64,000 nucleotides of DNA from Oscillospiraceae bacterium. Its GTDB lineage: Bacteria > Bacillota > Clostridia > Oscillospirales > Oscillospiraceae. The notes under the pieces are model-generated. The model was not told the origin of the DNA and did no database searches. It saw nothing but the letters and a program-made list of their open reading frames with translations. The stretch lies in contig JAFSWC010000066.1 in the NCBI GenBank assembly GCA_017444665.1, positions 530 through 64,529 of the forward strand. Reading direction: 5' to 3'. Each line of letters starts with the position of its first letter. Within the stretch, counting starts at the first letter, position 1. A program made the position numbers and the translations under genes. Below, piece by piece: positions 9,411 through 17,413 of this stretch.

Positions 9411-10772
9411 ATGAACACATTAAAGAAAAACCAAATACATACCGTTACGATCGACGGGTATACCAGCGAAGCATACGGCGTTTGCCGTCTGGAGGGCCGC
9501 GCCGTGTTTGTTCCGCGCGCGCTCAAGGGCGAAACCTGGCGTATTCGCATTGTCAAAGTCACCGACACAGTTGTCTACGCCCGCGGCGAAGAGCTGCTCG
9601 TTTCCTCCCCTGCCAGACGCGACCCAGCTTGCCCGTATTTCGGAAAATGCGGCGGATGCGACGCCTGGCATATGAGCTATGACGAGGAGCTTCGCTTCAA
9701 GCTGGAGCGGGTCAACAATGCGCTGACCCGCATCGGAAAGCAGACGGTTCATGCCAAAGAGATCATCGGGAGCGACTTGATCACACGCTATCGGAACAAA
9801 GGGATCTTTGCCGTCACCGACAAAGACGGCGAGGCGCAGTGCGGCTTTTTCCGCGAACGCACGCACGAGCTGATCACGGTCGACTCCTGTCTGATCCAGA
9901 ACGAGTTGACCGAACGGGCAGCAAAGGTCGTTGCCGGCTTTCTGAACCGTTATCATATTCGCGCCTATGATGAGGAAAGAGGAAAAGGAACCGTGCGCCA
10001 TGTCTTTTGCCGCAGAGCAGCCAAAACGAAAGACGCCGTTGTCTGCATCGTCTCGGCAAAGGGCTTCGGTGATCGCACAGCCGCACTGACGGACGCGCTT
10101 CTCAGCGCATGTCCGGAAATAACGGGGATTGTTCTGAACATCAACAAGGCCAAAGGAAACACGGTCCTTGCCGGCGATTTTTACACACTTTGGGGCCGGG
10201 ATTCGATTGTGGACGAGCTCTGCGGCGCTGCCTTTACGATCTCGCCTCAGGCCTTCTTCCAGATCAATCCTCAGCAGGCGGAAAAGCTTTATGATTGTGC
10301 GCTCGCCTATGCCGGAGGCGGGGACCTGGCTTTTGATCTTTACTGCGGTGCCGGGACGATCAGCCTCTGTCTTTCCCGTTCCTTTTCACGCGTCATCGGC
10401 GCCGAAATCGTCCCGGAAGCCGTTGAAAACGCAAAGGTCAACGCGGCGGCAAACGAGGTGCGAAACACCGAGTTTATCTGTGCCGACGCCGGAAAAGCCG
10501 CGGAGGAACTGGCCAAGCGAAAATTGCAGCCGGACACGGTCGTTGTCGATCCGCCCAGAAAAGGCATGGACGAAGCCGCTGTGCGCGCTGTTTGCGCGAT
10601 GGCCCCGGCTCGTGTTGTCTATGTTTCCTGCAATCCGGCAACGCTTGCGCGCGACGTTTTGCGCTTTTCCGAGCTGGGCTATTCGCTGCACGAGGTCACA
10701 GCAGTTGATATGTTCCCCCGCACCTGCCATGTAGAGACGGTCGTATTGATGACAAGAACAGAAAGGAAATAA
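9411..10772 (+). CDS. rlmD: 23S rRNA (uracil-5-)-methyltransferase, RumA/RlmD family
   Basis: 453 aa. N-terminal TRAM domain, Fe-S cysteines CPYFGKCGGCD, SAM motif DLYCGAGTISL, and catalytic YVSCNPATLARD. Confidence 0.92.
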   Translation: MNTLKKNQIHTVTIDGYTSEAYGVCRLEGRAVFVPRALKGETWRIRIVKVTDTVVYARGEELLVSSPARRDPACPYFGKCGGCDAWHMSYDEELRFKLERVNNALTRIGKQTVHAKEIIGSDLITRYRNKGIFAVTDKDGEAQCGFFRERTHELITVDSCLIQNELTERAAKVVAGFLNRYHIRAYDEERGKGTVRHVFCRRAAKTKDAVVCIVSAKGFGDRTAALTDALLSACPEITGIVLNINKAKGNTVLAGDFYTLWGRDSIVDELCGAAFTISPQAFFQINPQQAEKLYDCALAYAGGGDLAFDLYCGAGTISLCLSRSFSRVIGAEIVPEAVENAKVNAAANEVRNTEFICADAGKAAEELAKRKLQPDTVVVDPPRKGMDEAAVRAVCAMAPARVVYVSCNPATLARDVLRFSELGYSLHEVTAVDMFPRTCHVETVVLMTRTERK

Positions 10773-10774
10773 TC

Positions 10775-11269
10775 GTGGATAACATACATCTCGAAAAGCT
10801 AACATGGGACACGGTTGAAGATGTATTAAAGCTTAAGGTCTCAAAAGAGCAAAAGGAATTTGTCGCCCCGAACCGCGACAGTATGATCGACGCCTATTTT
10901 GCTTTGGCGGAAGAAAAATTCCCCGTATTCACGTTTGGCATCTATCTCGGGAAAAAGCCCGTCGGTTTTCTTATGATCGGCTACGATGTCCCGTGGGCAG
11001 AGAAATATTACGATTTGCCGAGGGGTTACTATTACATCTGGCGTTTTATGATCGATAAAAGATATCAGAGCCAAGGTTACGGGAGAGAGGCGTTAAAGCT
11101 TGCCGTGGACTTTATAAAGACTTCTCCGAGCGGAAAAGCCGAATACTGCTGGCTGTCTTATGAGCCGGAAAATGAGGTGGCGAGAAAGCTGTATCTGTCG
11201 TTCGGATTTGAAGAAAAGAAAGAGCTCTGGAAAGAGGATCAGGAAATACCCGCAGTATACAAACTGTAA
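10775..11269 (+). CDS. GNAT family N-acetyltransferase
   Basis: 164 aa with a GTG start 2 nt after the rlmD stop. Acetyl-CoA motif RYQSQGYGREALKLAV. Confidence 0.8.
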   Translation: MDNIHLEKLTWDTVEDVLKLKVSKEQKEFVAPNRDSMIDAYFALAEEKFPVFTFGIYLGKKPVGFLMIGYDVPWAEKYYDLPRGYYYIWRFMIDKRYQSQGYGREALKLAVDFIKTSPSGKAEYCWLSYEPENEVARKLYLSFGFEEKKELWKEDQEIPAVYKL

Positions 11270-11318
11270 ATTCCGATTTGCCGATCCTATATCATCGGAC
11301 GGGGTGTTCCCGGAACAC

Positions 11319-11861
11319 TTATGCCGTTGTCTCAGGAGCTCCGGTCGCCTTAGAATAATAACGCCGGATCGTCTCAACCATATTCTTGTTGGTGAATCCT
11401 GCCTCGATCTCTTCCATATCTACGGTTCGGCCGGAAAGGATCCCCTGGATCAGCACTTCCGCATACATTACTTCTCGCGTCACAGGATTCTTTAAATAAG
11501 TCAGCAGATCCATATTCATTGTTTCGTTGATCCCCTTGATCATACCCGTGAAAAATGTGCAGTCTTCACCGAAAAGTTTTCCGATGCTTTCCAAGTAGTG
11601 AAAACCGGTACTGACGTCTTCCAGCCGCATCATTTTGCGCTCGACCGCCGCAAGGCGTCCTCCATTGAGCAGCTTATCTGCCGTTGTGTTTAGCGTATCA
11701 CATAAATCAAGAAGAATGCCTGTGTCCGGAAGCGTATCCCCCGTTTCCCATTTTGAGACGGCCTGAAAAGAAACATTCAGTTTCTCGGCGAGGTCTTTCT
11801 GCGTCATGCCTATAGTCTTTCGCAAATTCTTGATATACTGTCCGATCATTAATGTGTCCAT
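11319..11861 (-). CDS. XRE-family helix-turn-helix transcriptional regulator with a C-terminal domain
   Basis: Start set at ATG 11861 (AAGGAG 6 nt upstream). HTH region: IGQYIKNLRKTIGMTQKDLAEKLNVSFQAVSKWETG. Confidence 0.8.
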   Translation of the reverse strand: MDTLMIGQYIKNLRKTIGMTQKDLAEKLNVSFQAVSKWETGDTLPDTGILLDLCDTLNTTADKLLNGGRLAAVERKMMRLEDVSTGFHYLESIGKLFGEDCTFFTGMIKGINETMNMDLLTYLKNPVTREVMYAEVLIQGILSGRTVDMEEIEAGFTNKNMVETIRRYYSKATGAPETTA

Positions 11862-12069
11862 ACTATGCTCCTTGTTTTTCCTTTTTGCAGTCTGCATCGC
11901 TATAATAATGCAAAAGGAACTGTTCGTAAATAAAGAGAAATTTGAAACTATTCAACCACGGGTTGAGTCTCTTGCCTCGGCAGACCAGATTTTTCCTGCT
12001 TTTGACGTTATGGCGGCGCGGGTGTCATTGAAACGGTGTAACATTGAATAGAGCGGATTGCAAATAAAC

Positions 12070-12080
12070 TTTGCTTTTAA
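12070..12080 (+). repeat. left copy of the 11-bp direct repeat TTTGCTTTTAA
   Basis: An identical 11-mer recurs at 13456-13466. The two copies bracket the AT-rich acyltransferase-3 gene. Confidence 0.4.
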
Positions 12081-12368
12081 CGGTTTTTGAGTATTATATT
12101 AAAGCACTGTGATCACTGGCAGGTGCCTTTATTTACGGGGATTTCTAATTCCAATTTGTCGGGATGCGATATTTATCTTACAGTCTCAGCCCTAACCAGC
12201 CGGGGAATTACCCAACCTTTTTTTGAATGAATCAGCACGTAGAAAACAAGTAGTTTTATTTGATCTGCTGCTCCAAGGCATGTGGAGAATTTTTTTAGAA
12301 CGATAAAGATTAGTTTAATTTTAGATACATACAAATAGGGTTAATCAGAAGGGTCTGGATGTGAAGCT

Positions 12369-13418
12369 ATGAAAACAAGGATTTCCGAGGATAAAAGAAA
12401 TCATTTTTTGGATGTTCTGAAGGGCATTTGTATTTTTTTTATTGTGATAACCCATTTCTCCTGGAGTTCTAAAGAGCGGTTATCGTATTTCTTTCCTTTC
12501 TGGATAGACATGGCTGTTCCAATTTTTATGATCATATCCGGATATGCTTACACGCTTTCTTATCAGAAGCGTATGATTTCTTGTGCAGCAGATGCATATT
12601 CCCTAAAAAACACCATTGATAAACTGCTGCGTTATACGATTCCATTTGCAATTGCATACTGCGTTGAAATTCTTTATTTGTTCTACAAAGGTTCATTAAC
12701 TGTGTCTCTCGATGTTGCTTTCTCCGTTTTTGTTGATTTCTTTAATGGCGGTGGAGGCCCAGGCAGTTATTTTTTCCCTATAATGATACAATTTATTTTT
12801 GTCTTTCCGCCGATTTTCTTTGCAATAAAAAAACATGGTTTTAAAGGGGTCCTTGCCTGTGGTGTGGCGAATGCATTTTATGAATTGTTGAAGTTTTCCT
12901 ATAGTATGAATGAATCATGCTATAGACTTTTGGTTTTTAGATATATTCTTCTAATTTCCGTCGGATGTTATATTGCGAATTATGCGGGAGAAAAACAATG
13001 TCATAAAAACATAAAGGTTTTTTCTCTGTTTTCATGTGCGCTTGGTTTAACCTTTATTGTCGCAAATTGTTATTTAGGGTATCAGCCGAAAATAATTACG
13101 TACTGGACACGAACCTCTTTTTTGGCAAGTCTATATATCATCCCCATAGCTACAATTCTTATCATGAAATTAGGTGCATTTAAATTCTTCCCTTTGGAGA
13201 TTATCGGCAAAGCGTCCTATAACATTTTTCTAGTTCAAATGGTTTGGTATCGATTCGTATCCGGAAAAATTGAAACGAGAGTAACCCGGCCGGTTCATTT
13301 AGCAATTAATCTTATTGCATGCGTTGGTGCAGGTTTGGTCTTTTATAGTATTGAAAGCCGCATTACAAAAAAGGTCATTAAAAAATGTATTTTTTATATC
13401 TCAAAGTTTGAGGATTGA
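12369..13418 (+). CDS. acyltransferase family 3 (OafA/YrhL-like) integral membrane O-acyltransferase
   Basis: 349 aa, about 10 TM helices. The N-terminal FLDVLKGICIFFIVITHF motif is typical of acyltransferase-3. The DNA is visibly much more AT-rich than its flanks. Confidence 0.78.
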   Translation: MKTRISEDKRNHFLDVLKGICIFFIVITHFSWSSKERLSYFFPFWIDMAVPIFMIISGYAYTLSYQKRMISCAADAYSLKNTIDKLLRYTIPFAIAYCVEILYLFYKGSLTVSLDVAFSVFVDFFNGGGGPGSYFFPIMIQFIFVFPPIFFAIKKHGFKGVLACGVANAFYELLKFSYSMNESCYRLLVFRYILLISVGCYIANYAGEKQCHKNIKVFSLFSCALGLTFIVANCYLGYQPKIITYWTRTSFLASLYIIPIATILIMKLGAFKFFPLEIIGKASYNIFLVQMVWYRFVSGKIETRVTRPVHLAINLIACVGAGLVFYSIESRITKKVIKKCIFYISKFED

Positions 13419-13455
13419 TTAACAAACAATTACGTGGTTAAAGCAACTGCCATCA

Positions 13456-13466
13456 TTTGCTTTTAA
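13456..13466 (+). repeat. right copy of the 11-bp direct repeat TTTGCTTTTAA
   Basis: See 12070-12080. Confidence 0.4.
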
Positions 13467-13574
13467 AAGAATTATCCAACTCATCTGCTTGCTCCGTGAT
13501 TATATGTTCAAATATAGTCAACCATTTTTCGCACTCTAAACAATCTCAGTTTTGGAATATCTGAGGATACGCAA

Positions 13575-14120
13575 ATGAAGTATAGTCAAAAAATCATATT
13601 GAAAAACGGAAAGGAAGCATGGCTCAGGAACGGAGATGCTGCGGATGGCAAGGCTGTTTTCGACGTTTTCAATCAGACCCATGCGGAGACGGATTATCTT
13701 CTCACCTACCCCGATGAAAACAGCTTTGATCCACAGCGGGAAGCGTCCTTTCTGCAGGAAAAGACCGACAGCCCGAACGAAATCGAAATCCTTGCCATCG
13801 TTGACGATCAGATCGTGGGAACGGCTGGGATCGAAGCGGTCGGGACAAAGGCGAAAATCAAGCATCGCGCCGAATTCGGTATCAGCGTTTTGCGCGAATA
13901 CTGGGGTATCGGGCTTGGCCGCGCTCTTGCAGAGGCCTGTATTCGCTGCGCAAAAGACGCCGGATATATCCAGGTAGAGCTGAACGTCGTCGCAGATAAT
14001 GACAAGGCGATTTCCCTTTACAAAAGCCTTGGCTTTGAAGAATTCGGACGGAATCCGCAGGGCTTTCTTTCACGAGAGAGCGGATTTCAGGAACTGGTCT
14101 ATATGCTGCTGAAGCTCTGA
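13575..14120 (+). CDS. GNAT family N-acetyltransferase
   Basis: 181 aa. Motif A: VLREYWGIGLGRALAEACIRCAKDAGY. Confidence 0.82.
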   Translation: MKYSQKIILKNGKEAWLRNGDAADGKAVFDVFNQTHAETDYLLTYPDENSFDPQREASFLQEKTDSPNEIEILAIVDDQIVGTAGIEAVGTKAKIKHRAEFGISVLREYWGIGLGRALAEACIRCAKDAGYIQVELNVVADNDKAISLYKSLGFEEFGRNPQGFLSRESGFQELVYMLLKL

Positions 14121-14204
14121 ATGATCATCCTTCCACGTGAGCATCAAAACGGTCGGCTGCGGATTTCATTCTGCAGCCGGCCTTCAGTTTAATTATTGGG
14201 GCAA

Positions 14205-15476
14205 TTATCCGATCGGAGATAAATCCTTTTGCTCCGCCTCCTGCTTCCCTTTAAATTTGCGTGCAACCTTAACGCCGCTTTGCAGGACGCTCCCGCGCTG
14301 GATGATGTCCGCCCCGTATTTGGATCGCAGCGCGTCCACAGTCTTGTCCTTTTTCGCGCTCTTTTCACGGCTTAAATCCTGTGGATCTTCAAAAAGCGAA
14401 ATCTGCTCATGTCCCTCTCCGCGTGTCAGACTGGAAAGCGAAATGCTGATCAGGCGCAGCGCTCGTTTGTCTTTCCAAAGTTCTCTCAGGAGCTCCCTCG
14501 CAGTTTCATAAACTTCTTTTGTCGTGTCGATCGCTTTTTCAAGCTTTTTCTGATGGGAACGGTTCTTGAAGTCGAGGTATCGGATCGTCACCGCGACATT
14601 GCCCGCCTTCGCGCCATCGCTTCTCATATGCGCCGAAACGCTGTCGGCAAGGGCAAGCAGGATCGCGTCCGCTGTTTCCAGATCCGTCACATTCTCTTCC
14701 AGCGTGACGGAATTGCTGTATCCTTTTGCCTCCTCGGGCTGTTCGCGTACAGGCGATTCGTCGATCCCGTTGGCAAAATTCCTCGCCTGAACGCTCAGCT
14801 TATCGCCCAGCAGCCTTTTCAGTTCTATGGGATCCGCGTGGGCAAGCTCTCCAATGGTATGAATGTGCGCTTCACGCAAACGCGCTGCCGACGAGCCGCC
14901 GATGAAAAGCAGATCGCCGACCGGCAGAGGCCACATCTTCTTTTCGATTTCTTCCGGGAACATCGTGTGAACTTTATCCGGCTTTTCAAAGTCGCTTGCC
15001 ATTTTTGCGCAAAGCTTGTTGCGCGCGATGCCGATATTGACCGTAAAGCCTAGCTCGTCGCGGATCCTGTCCTTGATCTCATGGGCCAAAACGATCGGAT
15101 CGGGATACATATGTTCCGTTCCCGTCATGTCCATGAAGCACTCGTCGATCGAAAACTCTTCCACGACCGGCGCATAGCTGCGGCAGATAGCCTTAAATGC
15201 CTTTGAGCACTGAGAATACAGCTTGAAATCCGGCTTTGCGATCACGAGCGATGGGCACTTGCGCAGCGCGACGGAAAGCGGCTCGCCGGTTTTGACCATA
15301 TATTTTTTCGCTGGGATCGATTTTGCCAGCACAACGCCGCGTCGGCTTTCGGGATCTCCGCCGATGCAGGATGGAATATTACGCAGATCGCTCTCGCCGT
15401 TTTTCACGCGGCGTGAAGCCTCCCATGACAAAAAGGCGCTGTTGACGTCAACATGGAATATCAGTCTTTCTGCCAC
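14205..15476 (-). CDS. dinB: DNA polymerase IV (Y-family)
   Basis: 423 aa. HVDVNSAFLSWE, SIDECFMD and the little-finger region are typical of DinB/ImpB. Confidence 0.92.
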   Translation of the reverse strand: MAERLIFHVDVNSAFLSWEASRRVKNGESDLRNIPSCIGGDPESRRGVVLAKSIPAKKYMVKTGEPLSVALRKCPSLVIAKPDFKLYSQCSKAFKAICRSYAPVVEEFSIDECFMDMTGTEHMYPDPIVLAHEIKDRIRDELGFTVNIGIARNKLCAKMASDFEKPDKVHTMFPEEIEKKMWPLPVGDLLFIGGSSAARLREAHIHTIGELAHADPIELKRLLGDKLSVQARNFANGIDESPVREQPEEAKGYSNSVTLEENVTDLETADAILLALADSVSAHMRSDGAKAGNVAVTIRYLDFKNRSHQKKLEKAIDTTKEVYETARELLRELWKDKRALRLISISLSSLTRGEGHEQISLFEDPQDLSREKSAKKDKTVDALRSKYGADIIQRGSVLQSGVKVARKFKGKQEAEQKDLSPIG

Positions 15477-15590
15477 AAGAACACTTCCCTTCTGCTTTCA
15501 TTATACTCTCTGCGCTGTTATCCGACAAGCAAAAAGAGCAATCACTCTTTTTCGTTTTCCGTCCGATCATTCAACATAATTGTGATAGTA

Positions 15591-15626
15591 TTTTTTCGAT
15601 AATCTGTTATAATGTTATCGAAAAAA
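15591..15626. promoter_or_regulatory. perfect 12-bp inverted repeat enclosing a TATAAT box (operator-like)
   Basis: TTTTTTCGATAA (15591-15602) and TTATCGAAAAAA (15615-15626). The 12-nt spacer contains TATAAT (15608-15613). Lies 30 nt upstream of the GT2 start codon. Confidence 0.45.
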
Positions 15627-15655
15627 CATTTTCGGGCACTCGACAGGAGATAGTG

Positions 15656-16615
15656 ATGAATACTTCTGATTTAAAATTGTGGATCATTGTACCGTGCTAC
15701 AATGAAGAGGCGGTCCTTCCGATCACGGCGCCGCTTTTTCTTGCAGAGCTGCAGAAAATGATCGCCGCCGGCAAAATATCCTCCGCCAGCCGCATCCTCT
15801 TTGTCAACGACGGCTCGAAGGACGCCACCTGGGATATCATCCGGGATCTGTCCCGTTCGGATGAGCATTTTCTCGGTATCTCCCAAAGCCGCAACCGCGG
15901 CCACCAGAACGCGCTGCTTGCCGGCATGATGGAGGCAAAAGAACGCTGCGACGTCACGATCACCATCGACTGTGACGGTCAGGACGACATTTCGGCCATG
16001 GAGCAGATGATCGACGAATACCGCGGCGGCAGCGATATCGTCTATGGCGTACGCAGCAGCCGCGAGACCGACACCTGGTTCAAGCGGACGACGGCACGCT
16101 CCTTTTACAAACTCATGAACAAGATGGGCGTCGAGATGATCTATGACCATGCCGACTACCGTCTTGTCAGCGCAAAAGTGCTGCGGCATTTCTCCGAATT
16201 TCGGGAAGTCAACCTCTTCCTGCGCGGCATGTTTCCCCTTGTCGGATTCAAAAGCACCTGCGTTTATTACAAGCGGAGCGAACGCCTTGCCGGGAAGAGC
16301 CATTATCCGCTTGGCAAGATGATTTCCTTTGCCATCGACGGGATCACAAGTCTTTCGATCAAACCCCTTACGTTGATCGTTGTACTGGGACTTATCACCT
16401 GTCTGCTCGGCTTTGTCGGGATCATCTGGGCCATTGCTGAAGTCATCCTGAAAAATGCGATCGCCGGTTGGGCTTCAACGGTTTGCATCATTCTGTTCCT
16501 CGGCGGCGTGCAGCTTTTGAGCATCGGCGTGATCGGGGAATATATCGGAAAAATCTATCTGGAGACCAAACAGCGTCCGCGCTATATTATCAGCGAAAAA
16601 ACCTGGGAAGAGTGA
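15656..16615 (+). CDS. family 2 glycosyltransferase, GtrB/bactoprenol-sugar synthase-like
   Basis: Start at ATG 15656, 5 nt after AGGAGA. Motifs IIVPCYNEE, NDGSKD and DCDGQDD, plus two C-terminal TM helices as in GtrB/DPM1-like enzymes. Confidence 0.88.
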   Translation: MNTSDLKLWIIVPCYNEEAVLPITAPLFLAELQKMIAAGKISSASRILFVNDGSKDATWDIIRDLSRSDEHFLGISQSRNRGHQNALLAGMMEAKERCDVTITIDCDGQDDISAMEQMIDEYRGGSDIVYGVRSSRETDTWFKRTTARSFYKLMNKMGVEMIYDHADYRLVSAKVLRHFSEFREVNLFLRGMFPLVGFKSTCVYYKRSERLAGKSHYPLGKMISFAIDGITSLSIKPLTLIVVLGLITCLLGFVGIIWAIAEVILKNAIAGWASTVCIILFLGGVQLLSIGVIGEYIGKIYLETKQRPRYIISEKTWEE

Positions 16616-16733
16616 TCGGCCATCCTTTTCCTCGATCGGCGCATAAGCTTGAAAAAAGCACTTGAATTGTGCTGCGCCCTATGATATACTCACTTATGTT
16701 GCGAAAACGAAACACGCGAAAGGATTGAAATAA

Positions 16734-16970
16734 ATGTCGACTCTTCAGATCATTCTTGCTATTTTCCAGCTTCTTTCCGGTCTTGCCGTCACGGTCATCG
16801 TTCTGATGCAGAGCGGTAAGAGCGCCGGCCTTTCCGGTGCGATTTCCGGCGGCGCTGACAACTTCCTGTCCAAGGGCAAGGCCAAGACCTGGGACGCGAA
16901 GCTTGCCAAGCTCACCCCGATCTTTGCGCTGGTCTTTGTCGTTCTGACCTTTGTGCTGAACCTTCTTTGA
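16734..16970 (+). CDS. secG: preprotein translocase subunit SecG
   Basis: 78 aa, two TM segments. LMQSGKSAGLSGAISGG is the SecG signature. Confidence 0.9.
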   Translation: MSTLQIILAIFQLLSGLAVTVIVLMQSGKSAGLSGAISGGADNFLSKGKAKTWDAKLAKLTPIFALVFVVLTFVLNLL

Positions 16971-16974
16971 TTCG

Positions 16975-17018
16975 AAAAAACAAAAGCTCTCATTCCCAAA
17001 AGGAATGAGAGCTTTTTT
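16975..17018. terminator. bidirectional terminator between secG and the ArsC-like gene
   Basis: GCTCTCATTCC (16986-16996) pairs with GGAATGAGAGC (17002-17012). An A-run precedes it and TTTTTT follows. Confidence 0.8.
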
Positions 17019-17019
17019 G

Positions 17020-17352
17020 TTATTCCCATGTCTTCCAGATATCCGGGCAATAGCCGACCGTCGCCTGCTTTCCGTTTCTGACGATCGGTGTTTTGATGAG
17101 ATACGCGTCCTCATACAGCTTGTCGAGTTTTGCTTCCGTTCCGGCCAGATAGCGGATCAGCGGATAATCCTCATCGGCTATGTCGATCATGGCCTCAAGT
17201 CCGACCGCGTTTTTTACGGCGGACAGTTCTCCCCTGCTCATACCGTACTTCAAAACATCGATATATTGATACTTGATCCGTCGTTCCTTGAAATAGCGTT
17301 CCGCCTTTTTGGTATCAAAACATTTGGATTTGCCGAATATCTGAATGTTCAC
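17020..17352 (-). CDS. ArsC/Spx/YffB-family thioredoxin-fold protein
   Basis: 110 aa. MNIQIFGKSKCFDTKKAERYFKERRIKY matches the ArsC-family N-terminus with a single Cys. Confidence 0.75.
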   Translation of the reverse strand: MNIQIFGKSKCFDTKKAERYFKERRIKYQYIDVLKYGMSRGELSAVKNAVGLEAMIDIADEDYPLIRYLAGTEAKLDKLYEDAYLIKTPIVRNGKQATVGYCPDIWKTWE

Positions 17353-17413
17353 GATCCGATCTCCCTTGCTTTTGATACGGGGTTCCTTTTCGTTTTATGA
17401 AAGACTTCCCTGT

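Noticed and set aside
11908-12051. 47-codon ORF divergent from the XRE regulator, considered as a possible small toxin or regulated peptide
   Set aside because: There is no SD before ATG 11908, no hydrophobic or otherwise recognisable features, and the ORF sits in a promoter-like AT-rich spacer.
15477-15590. Search for a LexA (Cheo-box, GAAC-N4-GTTC) operator upstream of dinB
   Set aside because: No match was found on either strand. There is only a weak AAAAAGAG-N6-CTCTTTTT A/T palindrome, so I make no claim of SOS control.
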